Shown here piece after piece: positions 1 to 7,927 of a stretch of DNA of 32,000 bases. The DNA lies in the NCBI RefSeq assembly GCF_000015225.1, contig NC_008698.1, positions 1,710,001 to 1,742,000 on the forward strand. Direction: 5' to 3'. The DNA is from Thermofilum pendens Hrk 5. GTDB taxonomy: Archaea; Thermoproteota; Thermoprotei; Thermofilales; Thermofilaceae. Made by a program: the position numbers and the translations under genes. The notes beneath the pieces are model-generated. The model saw only the letters and a program-made list of their open reading frames with translations, was not told the DNA's origin and made no database searches. The first letter of the stretch is position 1, and each line of letters begins with the position of its first letter.

Positions 1-169
1 TGCCCGGGTCGAGTACTTCCTCGGAACCGAGAAGGGAGGGTTAAGGGTAAGGGGGCTCCTCGCTCGGTATACATAGACCCCTCTCATCGCTGAATCAACG
101 TGTACGCCAGGAAGGATAGCTTGTTCAAGGACTTGCCGGGAGTTCTCTGCATTGGCGACTAGGCATGCC

Positions 170-874
170 TCAGTAGAGGGCCGGCAGGTAGGGGCCCAGG
201 AGCCTTAGGGCGGCTAGGTACCGTGGAACGTAGAGCTTTTTCTTCCTCTTCTCGACAGCGTCCAGTATCTCTACCGCGACTCTCCGGGCGGGGTACCCTT
301 TCTGCCTGCCGAGCCCAGCTCTCTCGTGGAAGCTCGTCTCCACGACTCCCGGGAAGACTTCGAGGAGGTTTACGCCCCTGTCTGACAGCTCCCTCCTGAG
401 GGCCTCCGATGCGTAGTGCAGGGCGATTTTCGTGGCCCCGTAGAGCGGTAGCCTGGTCATGAGCACGTGTATACCCGCCGTTACAACGTTCACCACGGTG
501 CCGCTCCTCTCCATGTAGGGTAGAAGTAGCTTGGTTAGGAGGAGCGGGGCTGCGAAGTTCACGTTTACCGTGTCGAGGATCTCCCTCGGCGTCATCTCGA
601 GAATCCCCCTGCCGACCCCGTACCCCGCGTTGTTAACGAGCAGGCTGAGGCTACGGAACTCGCTGGAGACGAACTCTGCTACCCGCTCGGCGCTAGCCGG
701 GTCCGAGAGGTCTAGGACGAGGTACGCGAAGCAGTCCGGGTGCTCGGAGGCTAGCTCCCTCAGTGCCGCCTCGTTCCGCCCGATCCCGAGGACCCTGTAA
801 CCCCGCCTGCAGGCCTCTGCCGATAGCTCCCTGCCTATCCCGGAGGACGCGCCCGTTATTACTGCGCTGGCCAC
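170..874 (-). CDS. Short-chain dehydrogenase/reductase (SDR) family oxidoreductase
   Basis: N-terminal TGASSGIGRE Rossmann motif, NNAG, and catalytic YGATKIAL (YxxxK). GTG start at 874. A/T-rich box (tctttaaaaaagg, 889-901) lies just upstream on the minus strand. Confidence 0.9.
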   Translation of the reverse strand: MASAVITGASSGIGRELSAEACRRGYRVLGIGRNEAALRELASEHPDCFAYLVLDLSDPASAERVAEFVSSEFRSLSLLVNNAGYGVGRGILEMTPREILDTVNVNFAAPLLLTKLLLPYMERSGTVVNVVTAGIHVLMTRLPLYGATKIALHYASEALRRELSDRGVNLLEVFPGVVETSFHERAGLGRQKGYPARRVAVEILDAVEKRKKKLYVPRYLAALRLLGPYLPALY

Positions 875-912
875 GGCTCTCTCGGGGCGGCCGTCTTTAA
901 AAAAGGATTCGT

Positions 913-926
913 TTACCTTATATCTC
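913..926 (+). promoter_or_regulatory. TATA-box promoter (TTACCTTATATCTC) for the C/D box sRNA at 944-1010
   Basis: TTATAT core at 918-923 sits about 26 nt upstream of the first nucleotide of the sRNA terminal stem (944). The identical 14-mer recurs at 13592-13605 in front of nre. Confidence 0.45.
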
Positions 927-943
927 CGCGCGAACCTTTCTAA

Positions 944-1010
944 GCGCCCGGGTGACGAGGCACGTCGAGCCGAGCGTGCGTGAAGAGATTGGTCTTTGCT
1001 GACGGGCGCC
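944..1010 (+). ncRNA. C/D box sRNA (2'-O-methylation guide), candidate 1
   Basis: Perfect 7-bp terminal stem: GCGCCCG (944-950) pairs with CGGGCGC (1003-1009). C box GUGACGA 952-958, 11-nt guide, D' CCGA 970-973, 6-nt spacer, C' GUGAAGA 980-986, 12-nt guide GAUUGGUCUUUG, D box CUGA 999-1002. The stem/3-nt bulge/GA geometry fits a K-turn, and there is an own TATA box upstream. Confidence 0.6.
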
Positions 1011-4000
1011 TAGACCTTCTCGCCGCGCCTGCGCCGGAGCCTCCGGGCGGCTAGGACCGCCACGGCTAACAGCGCGATGGACGCGTATATAGGCACCTCG
1101 TACCTCAGTATGAAGTCGGAGTACTCTATCAGCTTCTCGTCCCCCTCGGTAGCCCACCTCTCCGAGAGGCTCTTTGCGAGCATCGCCAGTGGGTCTGCCG
1201 CCTTAGCCTTCTCGCGCGACTCCTCGTAGACCTTCAGCGCGCGGGAAAGGCTACCCCACTCCCCCGAGACCACCGCGAGCCTTATGCGTTCCTCGAGGCT
1301 CGCCGGGCTTCCGAGCTCCCTGCTCACGTTGACTGCCTTCAGGTAGAGGGTCGCCGGCACTAGGAAAGCTTTGACCGTGGTTTCGTTGTGCCAGCCGAGG
1401 TACTCCACGGAAAGCCTGAATACCCGTTCGCCCGTCTCCGCCACGGTTACCGAGTACTCGCCGTCGACCTTCACCCTGGCGGGTACGGCGGACCCGTTTG
1501 CAAAGTAAGCCCTGCCCGTCACCGTGCCGTTACCCACTATGGGGGCCCCGTCGAGGGTTCCGAGCACGTTCTCAAGCGCCAGGTTGAGGTAGTCCCAGTA
1601 AATCCTCCTGGAGGCCGTGAAGTTGAGCACGGACACCGTTACTACGGCGGAGCAAGCCTTGTCGAAGCGTAGCGTTAAGGACTGGTTCCCGAGGATCCTC
1701 CTGTACTCGCCCACCCCGCATCCGGCCACGGAGAGGTTCGCGTGGATCGGTAGCTTCGGGTAGACGTACAGCTTTACGTGAACCTCTGCCTGCTCGTTTA
1801 CGAGCACGAAGGGAGGCGCTTCGACGTCGACCCCCTTGACTACCACGTAGAAGAAGGACGCCTCGCTCCCGCCGAACCAGGAGCCTACGCTCAGCGTGTA
1901 CACTCCGGGGGCGCCCGGCTTCAGCTCGAACACGAACGAGGTCCTGTTCAGCGACGTGTCTACCGGAAGCTCTCTCTGCAGGGAGGAGTTCAGCCTGACC
2001 TCCAGGGAGGCTTTGACGACAGCCTCCGTCTCCACGGTTACCCTCACGGTGACGGCGTTGGGTATGAGGACTACCTCGGGCGCAGAGACGTGGACCTTCA
2101 CGGGCGGCATCTCGAGGCGCAACTTGGCGAAGCCGGTGTCCACGTCGAGCGCCTTGACGCCGGCCGGCAGGCTCCGGGTCAGCGTGAAGCTCTCGTTCGA
2201 CAAGACCCTGCCGAGAACCAGGTACTTGTGCGGCCCCGCGACCGCGACCTTAGCCTCCACGATGCTACCGTTCCCAAGTACAGTCCACCTGACCAGGGAG
2301 GCGCTGATGGTCGGGGGTACTACCCTGACCTTTGCGCTCCAGGAGGGGTTCCCGTTGAGCACGAAGAGGTAGACCTCCCTGTCTGAGCGCGACGCGTTAA
2401 CCGTTGCCTCCACGTCCTTGGAGGCTCCGCATGCGAAGTAGGCGCTCCCGATGTCGGAGCCGTTCACCCTCAGGCTCAGCGAGTAACTCACGGGGTACGG
2501 CGGACAGCTACCCTGAGCCGACAGCGAGACGGAGACTCTAGCCGTAAACCAGGACGGCGCCACGAGCTCTGGCTTTGCGGACAGGGACGCCGACGGTGCT
2601 GGTATCGATACCTCCACCACGCCCACGATGTACGTGGAGAGAGGCACAGCCGCCTTCCCGCCGAGCCCGCCTACCTCGACGGTAACCGTTAGGGCGGCTG
2701 GTTGAACCGCGACGTCTACTATCGTCTTGCCGCGCGCCCCGTCGTAGCTAGCCTTTACGACCGAGAGAGACGCTGGGACAACGGAGAAGGGCACGGATAC
2801 CTTGTCGTTGCTCCCCGTGAGTACGTCCACGTAGCCCGTCCCCTGGGCGGGCGCGCCCGTCACCGAGAAGCTCAGCCTAACGGTGTTATCGCCGGGGCTA
2901 AGGCTCAGGGTCTGGCTTAGGCTCTGGAAAGCTAGGGAGCTGTTCACCGGCGGGCGTACCACCAGGGGGAGCGAGAGAGCGACCTGGTTCGGGTTCGACA
3001 CTTTGAGGACGAGGTCCCCGTACCCGCTCGGCGACAGGAAGAGCGGGGTCTGCGTGTATAGAGTAACCGATGGTTTCTGCAGTGCGACGCTCAGCGTGGA
3101 GGAGTAGCCGGAGTACTCCACCGTTAGCTGGACGCTACCCCAGGTAACGTTCGTCAACGTTACGGACGCGTAGCCCGAGGATGCCTGGACGTCTACCCCG
3201 TTTACCCTCACCGTCCCCGTCACGGGTTGACCCGCGTACGTTACGTAGAGCTGGAGGCTGAGCCTGCCGTCCACGGGGTAGAAGGTCCCGCCGGACACCT
3301 TTACCAGGAGCGGCGGCGAGAAGGTTATCGTAACCTGGTAGGTAGCGCTGGAGGTAGACGGGTTGACCAAGGCTAGGAGGAGCGAGGAGTTAGACTCGTA
3401 GAAAGCCTGGTTCAAGGCTATGTTGCTACGCACGTTGCCGGACACGCTCACCGTGACCATGCCGGGCCCCGGTAGCGAGACGCTGTAGTACGATGCGCTG
3501 AGACCGCTGAGAGACACCTGGAAGCTCGTAGATGTGCCGGTAACGGAGACGCTCTGAAAGCTCGGCTTGTAGATGCTTCCGCAGATGGATACGCCCTTGA
3601 CTATCGCTAGGAGGAAGGACACGTAGGTGGAGTCAACCCACGCAGAGTCCACGCTACTACCCGAGACGCTACCGGAAAGGGCTCCCGGAACTGTAGAGGT
3701 CCCGGAAGCGAGCACCCAGTAGTAGAAGGCTCCGTAGGCGTAGCTCTGCCACGCGGAGCCCGAGTAGCTGTAGGGGTTGCTGGAGTAGAGGGAGTTGCTG
3801 AAGTAGTAGGGCTCCCACCCGCAGACACCGCTAAGCTCGCTGGAGATCCCCTCCGCGCTGGCCTCTATGTACCACGGGTAGCTACTCGGCACCGCAGTGT
3901 ACCTGAAGTAGGAGACTTGCGACACGTGAACCATTTCGTGGAAGGCGACATGCCTCAAAGTCGACGAGGTAAGCCCAGGCGCTATCGCGATGTAGTTCAC

Positions 4001-4345
4001 ACAGGAAGAAGTTATCCTGCCCGACGAATCGTAGTAGTACGTCCATCTCACGTATCCTCCCTCCCCGCCAGGCAACTGGGTCACGTTCACGACGTAGAGG
4101 CTACCAGAGCACGGAGGCGCTAGGCTAGCCCCGGAGCCGCTGAGAGCCGAGTACGCCGACTCCAGCTCCGCGGCGACACTCTGCGCGTACGCTACGCCCG
4201 CTCCCGCGGAGTCGTAAACCTCGAAGTGCGTGGAAGTGTATGCAGGCGCGGAGACGGCTACCCGTACCAGCGCCACCAGGAGGACAGCCAGGAAAGCTAC
4301 GAGTAGCCTCGAGCGCGTGCCGCCTAAAAGGGGGTAGCCGCGCAT
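1010..4345 (-). CDS. Large membrane-anchored surface (glyco)protein with N-terminal gluzincin-like metallopeptidase (peptidase MA-like) domain
   Basis: 1111-1116 aa ORF. N-terminal signal/TM (LLVAFLAVLLVALV) and C-terminal TM plus basic tail (IYASIALLAVAVLAARRLRRRRGEKV). HEMVH motif followed 20 aa later by WYIEASAEG (HExxH...E). Long S/T/V-rich beta-type middle with about 18 NxS/T sequons. ATG at 4345 is preferred over TTG at 4360 because the TATA box at 4367-4382 is then about 22-37 nt upstream. Confidence 0.8.
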   Translation of the reverse strand: MRGYPLLGGTRSRLLVAFLAVLLVALVRVAVSAPAYTSTHFEVYDSAGAGVAYAQSVAAELESAYSALSGSGASLAPPCSGSLYVVNVTQLPGGEGGYVRWTYYYDSSGRITSSCVNYIAIAPGLTSSTLRHVAFHEMVHVSQVSYFRYTAVPSSYPWYIEASAEGISSELSGVCGWEPYYFSNSLYSSNPYSYSGSAWQSYAYGAFYYWVLASGTSTVPGALSGSVSGSSVDSAWVDSTYVSFLLAIVKGVSICGSIYKPSFQSVSVTGTSTSFQVSLSGLSASYYSVSLPGPGMVTVSVSGNVRSNIALNQAFYESNSSLLLALVNPSTSSATYQVTITFSPPLLVKVSGGTFYPVDGRLSLQLYVTYAGQPVTGTVRVNGVDVQASSGYASVTLTNVTWGSVQLTVEYSGYSSTLSVALQKPSVTLYTQTPLFLSPSGYGDLVLKVSNPNQVALSLPLVVRPPVNSSLAFQSLSQTLSLSPGDNTVRLSFSVTGAPAQGTGYVDVLTGSNDKVSVPFSVVPASLSVVKASYDGARGKTIVDVAVQPAALTVTVEVGGLGGKAAVPLSTYIVGVVEVSIPAPSASLSAKPELVAPSWFTARVSVSLSAQGSCPPYPVSYSLSLRVNGSDIGSAYFACGASKDVEATVNASRSDREVYLFVLNGNPSWSAKVRVVPPTISASLVRWTVLGNGSIVEAKVAVAGPHKYLVLGRVLSNESFTLTRSLPAGVKALDVDTGFAKLRLEMPPVKVHVSAPEVVLIPNAVTVRVTVETEAVVKASLEVRLNSSLQRELPVDTSLNRTSFVFELKPGAPGVYTLSVGSWFGGSEASFFYVVVKGVDVEAPPFVLVNEQAEVHVKLYVYPKLPIHANLSVAGCGVGEYRRILGNQSLTLRFDKACSAVVTVSVLNFTASRRIYWDYLNLALENVLGTLDGAPIVGNGTVTGRAYFANGSAVPARVKVDGEYSVTVAETGERVFRLSVEYLGWHNETTVKAFLVPATLYLKAVNVSRELGSPASLEERIRLAVVSGEWGSLSRALKVYEESREKAKAADPLAMLAKSLSERWATEGDEKLIEYSDFILRYEVPIYASIALLAVAVLAARRLRRRRGEKV

Positions 4346-4366
4346 AAGTAAGCCTAGCAAATCCCC

Positions 4367-4382
4367 ATTTACATATATTTAT
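4367..4382 (-). promoter_or_regulatory. TATA-box promoter of the surface-protein gene
   Basis: Minus-strand ATAAATATATGTAAAT lies 22-37 nt upstream of the ATG at 4345, giving a leaderless arrangement. Confidence 0.5.
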
Positions 4383-4394
4383 GCCTTGAGCTTC

Positions 4395-5531
4395 CTAAGG
4401 CTCGCCCGCGCCTAGCTCCCCGCTGGACGCCGCCTCTACGAGCTTCTCGTGAAGTATCGTGGCGAGCGCTATCAGCCCGGAGGAAAGGGCGTACTCCGTC
4501 GAGATAACCACCCCGGGGGCCACGTCGAGAACGAAGTCCGCAAACCGGAAAAGCCCCGTCGGCACGCCTTCTCTAGCCCCAACCATTATCGCTACCTCCT
4601 CTTTCTCCTTGAAGACCTTCCTTATTATGAAGTCCGCGACCTCCCCGGCCACCCTGGACACGGGCTCCCCCTCGGGCTCGAATATTATGAGCGGCTTCCC
4701 GAGCCTGGACCTCGCGAACTGGTACATGTCCTGCACGTACACCTCCGTCTTGACGACCTCCCTCCCGTAGCTCCTCTTCTGCAACTCGAACCGGGACCTC
4801 TGCCCCTCGAAGGCGCCCCTCAGGAAGCTGTAGAGGGAGTACGCGTCAACCGCCCCCACGGGCGTTACGTACAGCTTTCCGACCTCGAACACCTGGACCT
4901 CCCTGCCGATACGGGTACCCATGACGTACGACGCGTCCGGAGGACCGAGGTACGGCTCGTGTGCCACGACGAGCTTTCTGAAGACCTTGTACACGGGGTA
5001 CTTCGAGGAGGGCATCTTCTTGTAGAACTCGGAGCCCGGGACCAGGGACAGGTAAGCTTTGTCCTGCAGTATCTGCACGAAGATTACCTTGTCGGGGTTC
5101 TCCAGGTCGACCCTGGCCCCCGTTGCTTCCTTCACTGCTGAACCCACGGCTACGTTCACGTCTAGGCTTGTAAAGCCGTGGCTACCCCTCCTCACAGTCC
5201 TAACGGCGAAGCTCTCCTCCCGGCTTATCCCGGCGCTTATCCCCACCGCGCACCTGACTATCTCCTCTATGCTCGCGTTGCACTCAGCGTCCGCGACGAA
5301 CACCTTCTCGGCTTCCGGAACCCTCTCTTTAACCGCGCGTGCGAGCTCCTCGGCTTTAAGGTTGCCCGGCCGAACCAGTACAAGCCCGGCGAAGCCTTGC
5401 GGCGTAGCCTCAACCTCCGCCGCCGGGTCGAGCTCCTCTACGTAGGACGCTACTACCCTCTCGAAGCCGAGCTTACACGTTATGATCAAAGCGCTACCGC
5501 CCATAGGGTTCCGCGTACTCTCCTCGCGCAA
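4395..5531 (-). CDS. THUMP domain protein fused to a SPOUT-like domain (putative RNA/tRNA methyltransferase)
   Basis: N-terminal half has a THUMP-like signature (FAVRTVRRGSHGFTSLDVNVAVGSAVKE...VDLENPDKVIFVQILQDKAYLSL). C-terminal end resembles the SPOUT motif region (MVGAREGVPTGLFRFADFVLDVAPGVVISTEYALSSGLIALATIL). TTG start at 5531; the alternative ATG at 5504 (MGGSALIITCK) is equally plausible. Confidence 0.65.
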   Translation of the reverse strand: MREESTRNPMGGSALIITCKLGFERVVASYVEELDPAAEVEATPQGFAGLVLVRPGNLKAEELARAVKERVPEAEKVFVADAECNASIEEIVRCAVGISAGISREESFAVRTVRRGSHGFTSLDVNVAVGSAVKEATGARVDLENPDKVIFVQILQDKAYLSLVPGSEFYKKMPSSKYPVYKVFRKLVVAHEPYLGPPDASYVMGTRIGREVQVFEVGKLYVTPVGAVDAYSLYSFLRGAFEGQRSRFELQKRSYGREVVKTEVYVQDMYQFARSRLGKPLIIFEPEGEPVSRVAGEVADFIIRKVFKEKEEVAIMVGAREGVPTGLFRFADFVLDVAPGVVISTEYALSSGLIALATILHEKLVEAASSGELGAGEP

Positions 5532-5550
5532 CCTTAATTGGATTTCGACG

Positions 5551-6027
5551 CTAGAGTACCTCCTGTATTTCTCCGATGAAGAGGGACTTCGAGAGAACCG
5601 CGAGCTTGTCGAGCCCCCTATGGATGACTACCTTCCCGCAGTCTACTATCCTCAGGACCTTCTCCTCGAAGAGCTTAGTGTCCACCGAGGGGTCGAACAC
5701 GAGCTCGCCGACGCCGAATATGAACAGGGAGCCGTCGACCTTCTCGAGGTCCTCTCTCGATAAAACCAGCCTCCCAACGTGCCTGATGAACACAGGCTTC
5801 CTGCGCTTCTCCACGGCGAGAGCCCTGCCTATAAAGCCCGGGAGATCCCCCTTGAAGCCCGCAAGCTGTGGGCCTGCGTCTAGAAGCGCTAAGAAGACCT
5901 TGAACGCCTGAGACGCCAGGTAGCCAACGCTGACACCCATCCTCTTGGCAGCCCTAGACAGCTCGCCGTAAGCCTCCCCGTCGACCCCCCTCAGCAACAC
6001 GTTCTTCGTGGATGCTTCAGGCACCAA
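5551..6027 (-). CDS. Hypothetical protein with possible N-terminal ribbon-helix-helix fold
   Basis: 158-aa ORF overlapping the upstream gene's end by 11 nt. N-terminal pattern NVLLRGVDGEAYGELSRAAKRMGVSVGYLASQAFKVFL looks like a strand-helix-helix (RHH/Arc-MetJ type). The C-terminal ~100 aa are unrecognised. Confidence 0.55.
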   Translation of the reverse strand: MVPEASTKNVLLRGVDGEAYGELSRAAKRMGVSVGYLASQAFKVFLALLDAGPQLAGFKGDLPGFIGRALAVEKRRKPVFIRHVGRLVLSREDLEKVDGSLFIFGVGELVFDPSVDTKLFEEKVLRIVDCGKVVIHRGLDKLAVLSKSLFIGEIQEVL

Positions 6028-7783
6028 CCCCCACCTCTATCCTCGAGATCCTCTCCTTGAGGCTCCTTATCCTCGAGAGAGCCTCCTCGCTCGCCGGCGA
6101 AGACTGCCTGGAGCCCCGCTTACCGAGAGCTAGCGCGGCGCCGGCGAAGACTACGAGTAGCGCGAGCGGCCACGCAGAGGCAACCCTCCTGGAGGGGGAC
6201 TCGAGCTTCACCCCGGAGACGTCCGGCACGCTTCTCTTCACCTTGATGTACGGCAAGGAGAAGTAGTAGACCTCGCCCATCATCTCCGTTCTTAGCTCTA
6301 CACCCGGCGTCAGGCTTACCGCTACCTGGCTGTAGAACGTCCTGTTGTACTCGTCGAACCCTTCCGGCATCACGCTGGACGAGCCCAGCTTCGAAAGCTT
6401 ACCCAGCGAGGAGTCTATGAGGGAAGCCGCCCTCGCGAGCCCTTCGGACAGAGACCTCAGGTTGTAGGCCGCCTCTCTAAGCATGCTCGACATCAGCCTT
6501 AGCCTCTGGGCCCCCGAGGCGAGGTTCTCGGCCGCCTCAGAGGCCTGCCCCTGGAGCCCCTCTATCTCTGCGAGGATCGATTTGTACCTTTCTAGGAGTC
6601 CTTCGACCTCGCCAAGCTGGTTCCGGGAGACCTCTATCAGGGAGGTAACCGCCGACACGTTCACATAGGCAGAGGAGTTCAGAGCCGCGAGTACCTTCTT
6701 TACCTTTTCATCGGTCAAAGACGCGTTGCGCGAGGCACTGCCCAGCGCTTCCTTCGCCTTAGCCACGAGCTCCGACGCGTTCTGCAACCACGCCGCCGCT
6801 TCTCCTCGGAGGCTCCCAGCCCTTCCCGAGAGGTTCTTTATCTGCTGAGCCGCTGTAAACATGTAGCTCGAAGCCTGCTCCGCCTGCCCCGCCGCCGATT
6901 CCAGCATTGAAGCCTCCTCTCCGAACCCCTTGCTGAGATTGTAGAGAAGGTCCCTCAGTTGCGTCACGTTCTCCTCGAGCTGCGTGAGGTTTCCCAGGTT
7001 TGACTCGAGGAACTTGTACATGAAGGACTTGTACCTCGACATCAGGGCTGCTTGCACGCGCGGGTCGAGTGTCACCGTCACTATCGGTGGGGACACGGCT
7101 ACCTCGCCCCAGGGGTTCTCGCCTCGAATCTCGAAGACCACGCTCAGAGAGTACGAGCCGTTAATCACGGAGCTCCACTGGAAGCTCACCTCGGTCCCGG
7201 ACTCGCGTACGCTCTGGGGGTTCTCGGAGTAGGCTACCGGGTAAAGGTACGCGGGGTCAACGCTCCAGCTGACGGAGATGGGGAGCTGTAGCTTGCTTAG
7301 CAACGGGTCGATAGCCGAAACTGTCAACGTGTACTCGAGAGTCTTAGCCTTGAGGGCTTGCGCCACGCAGTAGCCGCTGGAGCAGTTGAGCTTAAGCGGT
7401 TTTCCGTCGGCGCTCAGCTGGACCGACACGTTGAAGAGGCTCCTGGAGGGAACACTGTACTTTAAACTGTAACCCTTCGTTACGTTGAGGTTTCTCCACG
7501 TAGTTGCGCGTAGATTACCCGTGACCAGCGAGGAAGCCGGGGGCTCCGTGGAGGCCACGTCCCCCTCCTCCGGGTACGCCACGTAGTCCGTGAAGTTCAG
7601 CACGACGTCCCCGTCAAATATGAGCGTGACGGTCGCCGTGGTATTGTAGCTACACCCTGGCACTACGTCCATCTCCCTTACGACTGTCTTCTTGACCCCG
7701 ATAACCGGTTGCGCGTACAAAGCCGGAGCTAGCACGGTTAAGGCTACGAGCACCGCCAATACACGTCTAAGCATGGCATTCAT
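6017..7783 (-). CDS. Type I membrane-anchored extracellular protein: beta-rich N-domain plus long coiled-coil/helical region
   Basis: Signal peptide MNAMLRRVLAVLVALTVLAPALYAQP. About 230 aa beta-rich domain, then about 220 aa Ala/Leu/Ser/Glu-rich heptad-like region with many NxS/T sequons. C-terminal TM (AWPLALLVVFAGAALAL) and a cytoplasmic tail ending IRSLKERISRIEVGVGA. Own TATA box upstream. Confidence 0.8.
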   Translation of the reverse strand: MNAMLRRVLAVLVALTVLAPALYAQPVIGVKKTVVREMDVVPGCSYNTTATVTLIFDGDVVLNFTDYVAYPEEGDVASTEPPASSLVTGNLRATTWRNLNVTKGYSLKYSVPSRSLFNVSVQLSADGKPLKLNCSSGYCVAQALKAKTLEYTLTVSAIDPLLSKLQLPISVSWSVDPAYLYPVAYSENPQSVRESGTEVSFQWSSVINGSYSLSVVFEIRGENPWGEVAVSPPIVTVTLDPRVQAALMSRYKSFMYKFLESNLGNLTQLEENVTQLRDLLYNLSKGFGEEASMLESAAGQAEQASSYMFTAAQQIKNLSGRAGSLRGEAAAWLQNASELVAKAKEALGSASRNASLTDEKVKKVLAALNSSAYVNVSAVTSLIEVSRNQLGEVEGLLERYKSILAEIEGLQGQASEAAENLASGAQRLRLMSSMLREAAYNLRSLSEGLARAASLIDSSLGKLSKLGSSSVMPEGFDEYNRTFYSQVAVSLTPGVELRTEMMGEVYYFSLPYIKVKRSVPDVSGVKLESPSRRVASAWPLALLVVFAGAALALGKRGSRQSSPASEEALSRIRSLKERISRIEVGVGA

Positions 7784-7804
7784 GGTGGTCTACTGCGATA
7801 TCAC

Positions 7805-7818
7805 ATATTTAAACATAT
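7805..7818 (-). promoter_or_regulatory. TATA-box promoter of the 588-aa ectoprotein gene
   Basis: Minus-strand ATATGTTTAAATAT lies 22-35 nt upstream of the ATG at 7783. Confidence 0.5.
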
Positions 7819-7927
7819 CTTTTCTACAAACAATGTTTTTAGCCATTTGTCGAAACACTTGTCCCCCTGAAACTACACGCCACTCTCGCCACGGCTACTT
7901 CCAGGGCAGAAGGCTTGTACCTGCGCC

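Noticed and set aside
2-76. Possible 3' end of a plus-strand CDS (ARVEYFLGTEKGGLRVRGLLARYT*) at the window edge
   Set aside because: Codon usage looks coding-like, but 24 codons with no motif cannot be supported. A minus-strand frame from 87 to the edge is also open.
1388-4123. Multiple 60-200-aa plus-strand ORFs and a 73-aa minus-strand ORF inside 1010-4360
   Set aside because: All are nested in or antisense to the 1116-aa ORF, which has coherent signal peptide, HExxH and TM-anchor features.
4449-5141. 230-aa plus-strand ORF, with siblings at 4459-4770, 5059-5445 and 5178-5537
   Set aside because: All are antisense to the THUMP gene. They are mutually overlapping, low-complexity frames.
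7801-7823. Apparent palindrome GATATCACATATTTAAACATATC at the ectoprotein promoter
   Set aside because: Only 5-nt arms (GATAT/ATATC) actually pair. The rest is simply the A/T-rich TATA region.
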